Assembly (NCBI GenBank): GCA_964016885.1
Contig: OZ024742.1
Coordinates: forward strand, 158,100,001-158,164,000
Direction: 5' to 3'
DNA from: Eledone cirrhosa
Lineage: Eukaryota
Length of the DNA: 64,000 bases
A program made the translations under genes and the position numbers. Below the pieces are notes generated by a model. The model was not told the origin of the DNA and made no database searches. It saw nothing but the letters and a program-made list of their open reading frames with translations. The stretch's first letter is position 1. Each line of letters begins with the position of its first letter. Of this stretch, positions 14,333 to 26,989 are shown one piece after another.

Positions 14333-15276
14333 GACAAAAGTGGTTGTTTTCAGACATATATATATAGATATGGGGTCAACCAGACATATATCTAAAGGCC
14401 CAGAAAATATCTTATAGACTCCAAAATTAAGGTGGGTTATGTTAGATTACAATAATTCAGTAATTGACGTTCGAAAATAATGTTCTAACTTCATTTATTG
14501 GCATAATTTAGCCAATACGTAAAATGCAGAATTACACCGCAGTATATTACACTTAATATATTCTATATTGCCACTAAAATATACCATCTTTATTATCTGC
14601 ATCTACTCATATCAATATTCAAGTGTATGAGGTGTGTCCTTTTTCATAAGACAAGAATTAAAAACGAGTGTTATGGCTTCTATTAGATGCATTTTTTCAG
14701 CTTTCATCAAAAAAGGAAATAGAGCACCAATAAAATTGGCAGCTTCTCTGAAATGGAGACATCATAACCCATGTGCGATTGCAATAGGTGACGGCTAACC
14801 TTGATAACAAGATATTCTCAAATAGGAAACACAAACCGAATGTATGCAATAGAGGGGATTGTATTATATGTAAATAGTGGTCAAATGATGTCGTTCAACC
14901 GGACCGAGGATCTCTGTGATTACAAAGGGACATGATTGTTTCAAAATGCATCGAACAACTCACCGTGTAACTGAATTGAATCAGAAAAGTTGTATTACTG
15001 AGGTTATTATAGAGCACATTTGAACAAGTTACCGACATTTCAGATTGTACTGGAAACAGTGTAATCGCAAGGTACAACTACATATCCATAATATAAATGT
15101 AGAAAATAAGGATATACTATAAGTAATACACTTACATATACTTCATTAAATACTCCTCTCAATTCTAAACAGATTTACGTCAAGTAGTTAGTTATACGTG
15201 ATAAAATTGTGATACAACAGTCACACAATACACACACAGAGACAGATACAGTCTCTCGCTCTCACACACACACACG

Positions 15277-15317
<41 letters not shown>

Positions 15318-15497
15318 GTGCGTGTGTGTATGCGTGTGTAGGTGTGTGTATGTGTGTGCGTATGTGTGTGCGTATGTGTGTATTTATTTATATCCTGCTT
15401 TATACATACATGTATTCGAATATATCTATCTACAGTTTTCTAGCTCATACAGCTCTATGAATATATGTAGGTATATAGGGCTGGGTTCATGGATTCC

Positions 15498-15528
<31 letters not shown>

Positions 15529-16749
15529 GAGAGAGAGAGATAGATAGATAGATAGATAGATATGTGTGTGTGTGTGTGTGTGTGCGTGCGTGTGTGTGTG
15601 TGTGTGTGTGTGTATGTATATATATATATATATATATCTTTGCAGTTACTAGTGTGCATGATACCCGAAAAATATTCTTGTTTTCACTTCATATTAGAAA
15701 CATTAACATTTTCAATTCTTAAAAGACGTAATTTCATTAATTTTTTTCTTATAGTTGTACTTTCGTATTCTATTTCTGTCAGGTTTTCAACTTTAGTTAA
15801 TCAGGTTTCTTCCATTTTCATTTTTTTTTTTACTTAGCAGCACTCGTTTCACTTATACTAATTTCATCACCTTAATCTCTTCTTTCAGTATCTACTACGA
15901 TATATCTTCCCTTAATTCGTTAGTAATTCACTTTAACTTCAACTTCAGGTTTACTTAATTTTTACCAAATTTCTCAATTCTACTTTTTTATATTTCCATT
16001 GATGTGTGCATTTTTTTTTATTTTCCTCGCAAATTTCAAAAATATATTTCCTATTGCAATTCTTTTTTTCGTTTTGGTTTTTCCATTGATATCACCTTGA
16101 AGCTCTTTATTAAAACAACTTTAATTCCTGTTGCTATGTGCCTATATTTCCAGGTACAATTGTTGTATTTCATATTTTGAACTTTTTATTCATTTTATTT
16201 TTCTAGGTACTGACCTAGCTCTTGTTTATTCTTTAAGATTTTTCACACACTTCTGCTCTGGCAATGAAAGCCTTCTTAAACAATTTTTATTATTTGTGTA
16301 TCTCGGGTGCAGTACGAGTAGCCAGACGCAAATAGGGTGATGTTGACATAAAATAACTAGACCGATCAATGTCTCTCGTTTTGGAATCAAGAAATTCAAT
16401 GTAAACGTCTCCATGACCGGAACTTACCGCATTAATGGAGGAGATCGGTCACGGTCAAGCTCGAAGATTTTTTTTGATCTGTATCAAATATTTCTTAGTT
16501 TCTAAGAAACATAAACGACCATATATTTTGTAGATCTTATCTGATACTATCACTTATTTAGACATTTTAAATTAGAAAGAAAAGTATATATACAAATTTA
16601 GAGGTAGGGAAGCATATTTGATAACATTATCGCAATCTGGCAATCTGTGGTCGTTACAAGCCCAATATAAATATCTGGAGAATGTTTGTTTATTAATCCA
16701 TATTGATAATTGATGTCCCTTTAAAGACACTCTGGTTACATCCAGCGTT

Positions 16750-16850
16750 TATTTAACTTTGCCTTTCATCCCTACGGGGTCGATAAAATAAAGTACCAGT
16801 AATGCAGTGGGTAATTGCTGGCCTTGTGCCAACAAGTAGAAACAATTATT
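16750..16850 (+). mobile_element. 5'-truncated SINE
   Basis: Only core and tail present (AACTTTGCCTTTCATCC...AGAAACAATTATT). Confidence 0.85.
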
Positions 16851-17618
16851 AATATTGCAGCGGCTGTTTGGTTTAAAATACATAATACCATTAAATGCTA
16901 TACGTTTGTCATAATTCCTACTAGATAAGGGCGCTTGATATTTTAATGTATAATTTCAACTCTTCTATTCCATTGCATTTATTCCAATCTCATTGTTAAT
17001 ATACTAGAGATAATCACATTAATTTCAACTCTACATAACACATTTTGTAGGGAAAATATTCAAATTTGTAAATTGTTATCCATGCAATCCATATTTAACG
17101 TTTTTATTGAAAACACAATCGAAAATCCGCCATCGAAAATGATTTTAATTTTTATTTTAAGTTGACATTTGAATGTAACTATTGTAATGTTTATATTTTT
17201 AATTATTTTACGATAAACGTATTATATCTTATAAAGGTGGAAATTTTCCCGTCATTGATCATACTTTGCTTCAATAAAATCCACATCCAAATTCCCAACT
17301 AGAGGTGCCAACACATAACCGATTAATCATAATTCATTTGAAAGCAATTTATTCTACAGAAACTGTGTATTAAAACATAGCTCAACCGCAATAAAACAAA
17401 TAATTAAATATTTTCCCTTGATTGACTGCCACAGACAAAATTATATGTGACAAAGCTAAACCACATTAATTTTACTATATGATGATACCTCAACCGAGTG
17501 GAATGATTGTATTACGATTGCTGGCATATACATATGTATATATATACATATATATACATATATATATATGTATATATACATATATATACATATATATATA
17601 TACATATATATACATATA

Positions 17619-17650
<32 letters not shown>

Positions 17651-17746
17651 GATAGATATAGATATAGATATAGATAGATATATGAAAGACGTAAAATAAG
17701 AAAAATAAAAAATAAAAAAATAAATAAATAACTTACTAAAGTTTTC

Positions 17747-17828
17747 ACTCCAACTAATTAGTTTCTGTAATGGGATAAAGATAGTTAAGTAATATAACCA
17801 TCGAGAATTCATTACGTCATCAGGAAGT
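17747..17828 (-). ncRNA. type I hammerhead ribozyme (array copy 1)
   Basis: ACUUC-CUGAUGA-c-GUAAUG..CAUUAC-a-GAAAC-UAAUUA-GUU-GGAGU: stems I, II, III and core all present. Confidence 0.8.
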
Positions 17829-18240
17829 CTATTCTCAGCTAAGTCTCCAGGCAATGCGCGGACACTAGGGAGTCATATAAAAATAATAATAATTCGGTGG
17901 AAGGAACAGCTAGCGGGGACTGGATTCCATGCACTGAAAAAGTTCGCTGCCTCTGGTCAAATGGCAGATTCTAAAGAATCAATCACGTGACACTGAAGCT
18001 AGTCGGAAGGAGTGGGTTGGTAAGATGACAGAAGCCTACTACCACACCAATGAATTAGTAGCGGATTTGGCAGGTTTGCGCAACAAATAAATAATTTGGA
18101 GATAAATACAGAGAATTAGTATATCTACCAACATATGCGTACAGATGTACACTAATGCTAGCAAATACATAAGTTATGTCATAGTACCTAGGTGGTTCAA
18201 TGCAGGGGGATGCAGAACAATAATATGAAAGACGTAAATT

Positions 18241-18271
<31 letters not shown>

Positions 18272-18297
18272 TTTTAAATTAACTTACTAAAATGTTC

Positions 18298-18379
18298 ACT
18301 CCAACTAATTAGTTTCTGTAATGGGATAAAGATAGTTACGTAATATAACCATCGAGAATTCATTACGTCATCAGGAAGT
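18298..18379 (-). ncRNA. type I hammerhead ribozyme (array copy 2)
   Basis: Same motif, 551 nt from copy 1. Confidence 0.8.
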
Positions 18380-18642
18380 CTATTCTCAGCTAAGTCTCCA
18401 GGCAATGCGCGGACACTAGGGACTCATATAGAAATAATAATAATTCGGTGGAAGGAACACCTAGCGGGGACTGAATTCCATGCATTGTGGATTTCAGTGG
18501 ATTTCAGTGGATTTCAGTGGATTTCAGTGGATTTCAGTGCATGGAATCCAGTCCCCGCTAGCTGTTCCTTCCACCGAATTATTATTATTTTTATATGAGT
18601 CCCTAGTGTCCGCGCATAGCCTGGAGACTTAGCTGAGAATAG

Positions 18643-18724
18643 ACTTCCTGATGACGTAATGAATTTTCGATGGTTATATTACGTAACTATCTTTATCCCA
18701 TTACAGAAACTAATTAGTTGGAGT
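18643..18724 (+). ncRNA. type I hammerhead ribozyme (array copy 3)
   Basis: CTGATGA 18648-18654, GAAAC 18706-18710, GTT 18717-18719, stem I ACTTC/GGAGT. Confidence 0.8.
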
Positions 18725-19186
18725 GAAAATTTTAGTAAGTAAGTTAATTTTTAATTTTTTTTTTAATTTTTCTTATTTTACGTCTTTCATGTTATTGTTC
18801 TGCATCCTCCTGCATTGAACCATCTAGTTACTATGACATAACTTATGTATTTGCTAGCATTAGTGTACCTCTGTACGCATATGTTGGTAGATATACTAAT
18901 TCTCTGTATTTATCTCCAAATTATTTATTTGTTGAGCAAACCTGCCAAATCCGCTACTAATTCATTGGTGTGGTAGTAGGCTTCTGTCATCTTATTAATC
19001 CACTCCTTCCGACTAGCCTCAGTGTCACGTGATTGATTCTTTAGAATCTGCCATTTGACCAGAGGCAGCGAACTTTTTCAGTGCATGGAATCCAGTCCCC
19101 GCTAGCTGTTCCTTCCACCGAATTATTATTATTTTTATATGAGTCCCTAGTGTCCGCACATTGCCTGGAGACTTAGCTGAGAATAG

Positions 19187-19268
19187 ACTTCCTGATGACG
19201 TAATGAATTCTCGATGGTTATATTACGTAACTATCTTTATCCCATTACAGAAACTAATTAGTTGGAGT
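19187..19268 (+). ncRNA. type I hammerhead ribozyme (array copy 4)
   Basis: CTGATGA 19192-19198, GAAAC 19250-19254, GTT 19261-19263; 544 nt from copy 3. Confidence 0.8.
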
Positions 19269-19516
19269 GAAAATTTTAGTAAGTTAATTTTAAATTTTTT
19301 TTTTTTTTTTTTATTTTTCTTATTTTACGTCTTTCATATTCTTCTTCTGCATCCTCCTGCATTGAACCACCTAGGTACTATGACATAACTTACGTATTTC
19401 CTAGCATTAGTGTACATCTGTACGCATATGTTGGTAGATATACTAATTCTCTGTATATAGATATATATAGATATATATATACATATTACATATATATTAT
19501 ACATAAATATAGACAT

Positions 19517-19795
19517 AAAAGTGACACAGAGGAGACTGGGGTTAGCTGGACATGCTCACCGACATCCAGAGTTGACATTGCACGCAGTGCTCCTTTGGGA
19601 TCCCCTACATGAACACACTAGAAGAGGAAGACCAAGGTTAACGTATGTTGATGCGCTAAGGACAGACACTGGTCTGTTGGAGACGCAGGACATGGCAGCG
19701 ATAATGAGGGACAGAGACCGCTGGAGAGAACTCGTCCATGATCTCGGGAATTTTACCCGCCTTAGATAGATAGATATCTTCCACACAATATTTCG
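19517..19795 (+). mobile_element. RTE LINE 3' fragment (sibling of 4154-4447)
   Basis: ORF 19521-19769 nearly identical to 4166-4411. Confidence 0.85.
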
Positions 19796-19935
19796 ATACG
19801 TGCATATACATACTACTGTACGTCTGCATACATATATGTATGTACGTATACATACATACTTACATTTAAGTAAGTGTCGTACTAAGAGTGAGAAATGAAA
19901 TTTCGTTTCATTCTATTCCATATATATATATATAT

Positions 19936-20479
19936 TTATTAAAATAAAGGATTAAAATTTAAGCAAAGAATCGCTGCTTGCACCCTTACCGGGATCTTCT
20001 GAAACTAAAAAAGTCAATCTGTGAACGCACAAGTAAATATTTCAAAAAACGTTGCAACCTAAGGAAGATATGAAGACGATACGTTGGTTCGTGGAAACGT
20101 TCTCTGGCAAAGAAGGGAAAAAACGAGGATAATACGTCATTATTTGAACGGTGAAAACAATTACACGCAAAGAAAAAAACCACGTTTATGGTATAAATGA
20201 AGTCTGAGACTAATATTCTATTTAGGAAACCGAATGATCCCCGGCTTCAGAGTTAAGATTAAAGTAAATAAAATACAGAGGTAACTGAATTTAAATATAT
20301 ACATACATGCATCCATATATGTACATACAGAAGCATACGCGAAAACACTCGCCATGGTTATGCAAATACAAGTACGTACACAAAGAAAACACGCACGCAC
20401 ATACAGAACCCACGCAACACCTGAACCCGCACACATACGGACGTATAAACCAAATATACATAAAAATATATATAAAGAA

Positions 20480-20527
<48 letters not shown>

Positions 20528-21630
20528 ATACATATAATTAAATAAACGTAAATAAATATACACATATAAATATGTATATAACGAGCGCACACACATACCT
20601 ACATGTAAATACACATATGTTCGCAGACCTCCGTCAACCAAAACACAAAGTACACATATACACACACCCTACATACGTACGTACGAACCGAATACTTACC
20701 TATACACATAACCTAATGCACATGTACCAGTATATATAAAATATACGCCATAATATATACAAGCAAATATACGTACGAGAAAGTATACGTAGCTTCACAA
20801 AACATACAGGTAATATATACTTACCTATACAAATAAGTAATGGTATAAACATAACATATACTTAGCTACCACATCAAGACGTAAAATATCCGCGTATAGT
20901 TCGTACTATCCGTTAGGGTATAATGTGGGGCTGTAATACAGGAACGTTTTGTGCAATTTATGTTTACAAGCCGAAATTGCCTCAGATTTTTTGTTTAAGA
21001 TGTGGTCTTTGGCGTAGAGTATTTCCAGGGCATCAGCGGCGCAGTGGTCACATGGTCTCTTATTTCCGTTATACGATCTAGCCTCAGCTAAGATCTCCCA
21101 GTGTAATTTATATTGGGTGTGGTTGTCTGTTAGACTCCAGATATGAGCTGAAAGGGACGTCATATTCCTTCTTAAAGGGTTAAGAAAAGAATGGGTATGC
21201 ACGTAAAGACGCTGTTTGAATCTATTGGCGGTTAACCCTATGTAGGCCCTACGGAACGTGGGTGTTTCAACCTTACATTTGTAGACAATGTTACTAGAGA
21301 GGCATTTTCCAGATAGGGGTAGTCAACCCGATTCCTTCAATTACAGTTAGTACTAGCTACAGGGTTGAACGTGTTCCTACGGCTAGGTAATTTAGCTACA
21401 TTTGAATCTGTGATGTTATGTGCAAGGTTAGGTGTAGAGTAAGAAATGTTAATGGTATTTCTATTAAAAATTGTACTATATGTATGTGCTGGGGGGAAAT
21501 GCTTCATAATAAGGGAGAGAAAGTTCTGAGCAAATGGTGTGGCCATCTCCACATTTTATGGTGGGTTATACCATATAGTGCGTCGAGCCCGCTTTGGATT
21601 TTACTCTTCAAATGTATTAGTATTACTATA
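19936..21630 (-). mobile_element. 5'-truncated Penelope-like element (GIY-YIG region and 3' region)
   Basis: Minus strand: KHFP..H.Y..IFNRNTI.ISYST, NCN..PLSGKCLSSNIVYKCKV..YIGLTANRFKQR..H..SF, CDHC; ends in (TA)n; 21580-21630 is a terminal piece shared with 35245-35292 and 50570-50615. Confidence 0.85.
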
Positions 21631-21669
21631 TATATTATTATTATTACTATATATATGTATATACATATA

Positions 21670-21730
<61 letters not shown>

Positions 21731-21748
21731 CATATATCTATGTGTGTG

Positions 21749-21811
<63 letters not shown>

Positions 21812-21819
21812 TATATATA

Positions 21820-22006
21820 GGTGGATTGGTAGTATCGGTAAGGGTCAGGCGCCATGCTTTGAAGCATAGAGTTACCTCCCTTTATTATCTGAGTTCAGAT
21901 CCCGCCGAGGTTAACTTTGCCTTTCATCCTTACGGGGTCGATAAAATAAAGTGCCAGTAATGCACTTGGATAATTGCTGGCCTTGTGCCAAAACTAGAAA
22001 CAATTA
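21820..22006 (+). mobile_element. tRNA-derived SINE inserted in (TA)n
   Basis: Full family match with A/B boxes. Confidence 0.9.
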
Positions 22007-22010
22007 TTAC

Positions 22011-22081
<71 letters not shown>

Positions 22082-22589
22082 GTTATTCCCTGTTGAATCG
22101 GAAGTATCCGCAGTAAATAAGTTACTCAATACATAGCAGAGTAACAAGTTTTAATAGAGATAAGATTCTACAGGACTAGATTTTCAGATAGTAGGAGAGG
22201 GTTGGGAGTGGGATGGGTGGAGGTCATTGGTTGAAAGAAAAGGAATTCATTAAAAGCTCACTCTTTAAGGCTATAATTTATATTTAGTGTGACAAAGGCA
22301 GAAAGAATTATAAAAACAAGTTCAAATTGAGGTGACACTCCTTATTTTTAAGTTTCTCTTAAGCTAACAATGCCTATATTTCAGGTGTCTATAAGATGGT
22401 TGGTGGTCGGTCATGCTTGATGGATTTAAAGAAAAGGGAAATTCTTTAAAAGCTAATTGTTTAAAGCTCTACTTAGAGTGACAAAGGCCAAGAGAATTTT
22501 ATAAACCAGTTCAAAATATTGGGTGCCTGTCATATCATTATTGTCATGTTTCTCTTAAGCTATATTCCAGGTGTCAACAGACACATTCA

Positions 22590-23570
22590 CAAACACACGC
22601 ACACACACATACGTATATGTACACACATGTATGTGCATGCGCGCATGCGGACACGAATGTGGAGAGTGGGGGAGTATCGGTGGTGGTGGCGAACGACAGA
22701 GATGGGGTGAAGGTGAGAGGCATTGTAGGTTTTTTACATATATACATATACATACATGTACCCATACACACATATGGGTATGGGCACATCCCTCCATGTT
22801 CCCTCTGTCTACCCTAACCTACAACCCCGTCTAAATTCGACCCTGTATGTGTACTGTCGCACGCACACACAACCTCCGCCACCACTAAATACATCCAAAT
22901 ACTTCAACAATCATTATCATTAACATCATAAACACATATCACCCCTCGCTCCCAGATCGACTGTATTATATACCCCCACCCCCCGTCTGCCTTACCCTAT
23001 AACACACCGTAACCTCTGATCATGTAATCATCTTGTCGAACATATCACCACAGCATCATCACCATGTCCGCAACACACATCGCCGTACGTCCATAAACGC
23101 TTCTCCCCCGCGTTCCCCATGTCACCTTTTAACCGGTATTCGATCCTGTATATATATGTTTGTCCCTCACAACTCCACCACCACCACCACCACAAAACAC
23201 AACTCCATACTTTATCAACAGCGACAACACATACCTCCACTCCCCAACCAACAATAGTGTGTGGGTGTCTGTGTCTAAATATTTTTACACATACGGGCGT
23301 ATAAGTGTGCGTACACGCACGCATAGTTATATGTGTGTGTGTATGTGAACACATGTGTATACATATGTGTATGTGTGTGTATATATATATCTGTATATAT
23401 ATGTGTATGCATATGTGTATGTGTGTGTATATGTATGTGTATGTATGTGTGTATATGTGTACGTCTACATATATGTATATGGGTGAATCTGACTATGTGT
23501 AGGTGAGCTCATGTATGTGCATGTATGTCTATATGTGCGTGTATGTGTGTGTTGTCTGTACATGTGTGTG

Positions 23571-23618
<48 letters not shown>

Positions 23619-23850
23619 AGTATATGTGTGTGTGAGTGTGTATGTGTATATTTTGTATACGTGAGTGTGAGTCCATGTGCCCAGACCCATATGTGTGTAT
23701 GGGTATATGTATGTGTATGTATATAGTAAAACACCTTCTACATTGCCTCTCACCTTCCCCCATCTCTGTCGTTCGCCACCCCCACCGATACTACCCCACT
23801 CTCCATATTCATGCCCGCATGCGCGCATGCACATACATGTCTGTACATAT
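22590..23850. repeat. ~200-bp inverted duplication (22590-22790 vs 23675-23850)
   Basis: GTGCATGCGCGCATGCGG...GGCGAACGACAGAGATGGGG...GGGCACAT and its reverse complement ~900 bp away. Confidence 0.85.
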
Positions 23851-24688
23851 ACATATGGCTGTGTGTGAGCGTGTGTCGATATGTGTGGGCAAGGATGTGC
23901 GTATGTGTTTTGTGGTGTGTGTGTTTATACAACAATATGTGTGCACATATATGTGTGTGCGTATACGTATATACAAAGTATCTGTCAGACGAAGAGCGTC
24001 TAGCTATGTATCTAGGTAAGGACTTTGACGCCACCAATACATCCACCACACCACCACAAACGCCGCTACCATAGACAACGGTACCAATACCACACCCCTA
24101 CTAACACGCCAACCCCTCTACTGACAATCCACTAACCTCATCCCACAGCACATCCCACTAAGCAACCATAACCACCAACATACCATCACATCCACCCCCA
24201 CATACTCTACACGCCAAGGCCAACGCAGCACCACCACACCACAGCCCATCTCATCCACCCACCGTCACCAACATCTTACCATCACACCCACCCCCATATA
24301 CACTACAGGCCAGTACATCGCCTTGATCCTTCCCACCAATCAAAACAAATCATTTTGTCAAATTCTTGAATCTCTGACTTTACCACATAGCATGTATTTC
24401 ATTTTCTTATAGCATTTTAAGAGGGTCCGTCGAGCTGCGGATTATTGAGTCGGAAGGATTGATATAGATCGAACCTTGAGCTGATCAGTGGCGAAACGCG
24501 CGTCACCTATCAATAAATGCAATGAAGGAATAATCAATCGACCTTTTTATCCTTTATATATATATATATATCAAGATAAGCAGAACAAGTAAAATTCAAC
24601 CAATTTTTCAAAATAAATCAAAATTAATTTACAATTAAAATTAATCAAAATTAAAAAATATAATATAAATATTTACCTATTCAAGTGG

Positions 24689-24766
24689 CCCTTACTGTAC
24701 AGTTTCACTTTGCAAAACATTAGATATCACATGGATATTAATGGAAAAACAAAGATCATCAGAGAA
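24689..24766 (-). ncRNA. type I hammerhead ribozyme, canonical core
   Basis: UUCU-CUGAUGA-uCUUUG..(CAUUAAUAUC/GAUAUcUAAUG)..CAAAGu-GAAAC-UGUACA-GUA-AGGG; in an island between (TA)n tracts. Confidence 0.75.
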
Positions 24767-24881
24767 GCATTTTCCTTTCCTAGGGTTAAAAACCTCAGGA
24801 ATATATATGACTTCGTCTCCTACTAACACAGGTCTGAAATATATATATATGTATATGTATATATATATATATGTATATGTA

Positions 24882-24967
<86 letters not shown>

Positions 24968-25040
24968 CATTATGAAGAGAGAAGAAACATTTAGATATAA
25001 TTAGTAATAAAATGTATCATACCTAAACTGCTCCTAGATT

Positions 25041-25128
25041 CCTCGACTACGTAGTTTCGTGGCATAAACAAAAACAATACATCATAAAGATATAGAGTCC
25101 TTGCGAGGTCTGCCGACTTATCAAGAGG
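25041..25128 (-). ncRNA. hammerhead ribozyme, U3-A8 variant
   Basis: CCUC-UUGAUAA-GUcGGCA..UGCCAC-GAAAC-UACGUA-GUC-GAGG. Confidence 0.7.
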
Positions 25129-25145
25129 ATACCTCATTTTACTAG

Positions 25146-25350
<205 letters not shown>

Positions 25351-26004
25351 AAAAGGTATAACTGAAACGAAATTTCATTTCCCACTCTTAGTACGGCTGT
25401 TACTTAAATATAAGTATGTACACGTACATACATATATGTATACAGACGTACAGTAGTATGTATATATATATACATACATCCACACATATATATATGTACG
25501 TATGGATTCACCAAACATTTATTATAATGCTCGGTGTGTTTGTAAACAAACATCCCGTATTAAGCCGTAGTGTCCAGCAACCATCGTTGCTCGTTTGTTC
25601 GAGACTGACAAAGGAGCGCTGTACTAGTTTCAATCTTGTTAGCTATCGTCAGCAACGTATACCTTCCTGCCAGATGATTGAACGTCTGAAGGTATATACT
25701 TTCCTTATGCATATCAAATCCTCCTTTCCCATTATGCCAAACCCATGACTTCCAAATATCTGATCCACCGAAGCTCAGCTGTTTCGGACCATACCAAAAT
25801 CAATATGTGTGTGTGTGTGTATTATACATATATAAAAGTTTAGGGCTAATACAATTCTATAAAACTTTGTTGGTATTCGATTGACCATTACGTGATCGAG
25901 GAATATCGGAGTGTTGACGACAAAGTTTTGACATGTTTAGTTTGTCGGTAACGACCAGACAGAACGGGTGGATAATTCTTGTTTCTTTGGTTGAATATTT
26001 CATG

Positions 26005-26087
<83 letters not shown>

Positions 26088-26089
<2 letters not shown>

Positions 26090-26280
26090 CGAAGGAAATG
26101 TAGTAAGGAACCAGGTGGACCATAACGCACCAAAGTACTCAATACTTAGGGTAGTAGAGTGGGTAATAGGAACGAGTAGGACCTCGACAGCTGAGCTCAA
26201 GCCGTTTCGACGGCTAATTCCCAGAATTAGCCGTCGAAACGGGTTGAGCTCAGCCGTCGGGGTCCTACTCGTTCCTATAT
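26088..26280. repeat. PLE-terminus-like repeat with 55-bp fold-back palindrome
   Basis: Arms 26166-26220 / 26224-26278; second family copy at 49710-49845 with inverted piece 50052-50086; contains hammerhead 3' half GAAAC-GG..GAGCTCAGCC-GUC. Confidence 0.85.
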
Positions 26281-26583
26281 ATATATATATAAAAGAGAAA
26301 ACACAGGTAAGTATTAATGCTTACCTGTCTTTTCTCTTTTATACTTTATACTCCAAGATTGAACGGAATTCTTAGAAACTTGTGGAGTTACCCCACACCG
26401 TACGTTGAAACCATCCATGAAACTGGCTTTCTTAACCAAAATCTGGATCACAATAAGCAAGTTTTTGCTTCTCTAACTATATATATATATATATACAAAT
26501 AAAAGGTATAATGATTCCCTAAAAGGCATAATGATTCCCTGTAAGTAACAAGTTAAAAGTATAAATACTGAGCATTATATATT

Positions 26584-26763
26584 GTGGATTGGCAGTATCG
26601 GTAGAGGGTCGGACGCCATGCTGTCCACCATAGTTACGTCCCTTTACAATCTGAGTTCAAATCTCGCCGAGGTTGACTTTGCATTTCATACCTACGGGGT
26701 CGATAAAATAAAGTACCAGTAATGCACTGGGTAAGGGCTGGCCTTGTGCCTAAAGTAGAAACA
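26584..26763 (+). mobile_element. tRNA-derived SINE
   Basis: Full family match; TSD ATTATATATT (26574-26583 / 26764-26773). Confidence 0.92.
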
Positions 26764-26907
26764 ATTATATATTAATATATGTAGTAATAAACACAGTTAC
26801 GGTGTCTAAAATTACCAGGGTTCAAATACCACGTCGGTTTGAGAAATTTAGCCAGAAGCAAACGGAAAATACAGAAAATATCAGACCGTCTCAATAACTC
26901 TTACATC

Positions 26908-26989
26908 TCCCGGACAGATTAGAGATTTAATTTGTTTCGCCCTGAGAATTGTGTTTGTAACAGATAATCCGTGGGCATTATCAGCGAGA
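26908..26989 (-). ncRNA. hammerhead-like motif with G8->A and an extra U
   Basis: UCUCG-CUGAUAA-U-GCCC..GGGC-GAAACA-aAUUA..UAAUc-UGUC-CGGGA; three stems intact, core altered. Confidence 0.55.

Larger units (their letters stand above)
17680..19456. repeat. fold-back (inverted) array of a ~545-bp unit; retrozyme/PLE pseudo-LTR-like
   Basis: Left arm 17680-18484 (~1.5 units) is the reverse complement of right arm ~18533-19456 (~1.7 units); spacer is (GTGGATTTCA)x5; (TA)n on both sides; one hammerhead per unit. Confidence 0.92.

Noticed and set aside
17844-17869. CCAGGCAATGCGCGGACACTAG as a Helitron 3' terminus in the array unit
   Set aside because: Weak hairpin, internal to the unit and not followed by T; the hammerhead/PLE explanation fits better.
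25600-25656. Minus-strand CUGACGA...GAAACU...AGUC hammerhead candidate
   Set aside because: Core present but stems I and II pair poorly; at best a decayed copy.
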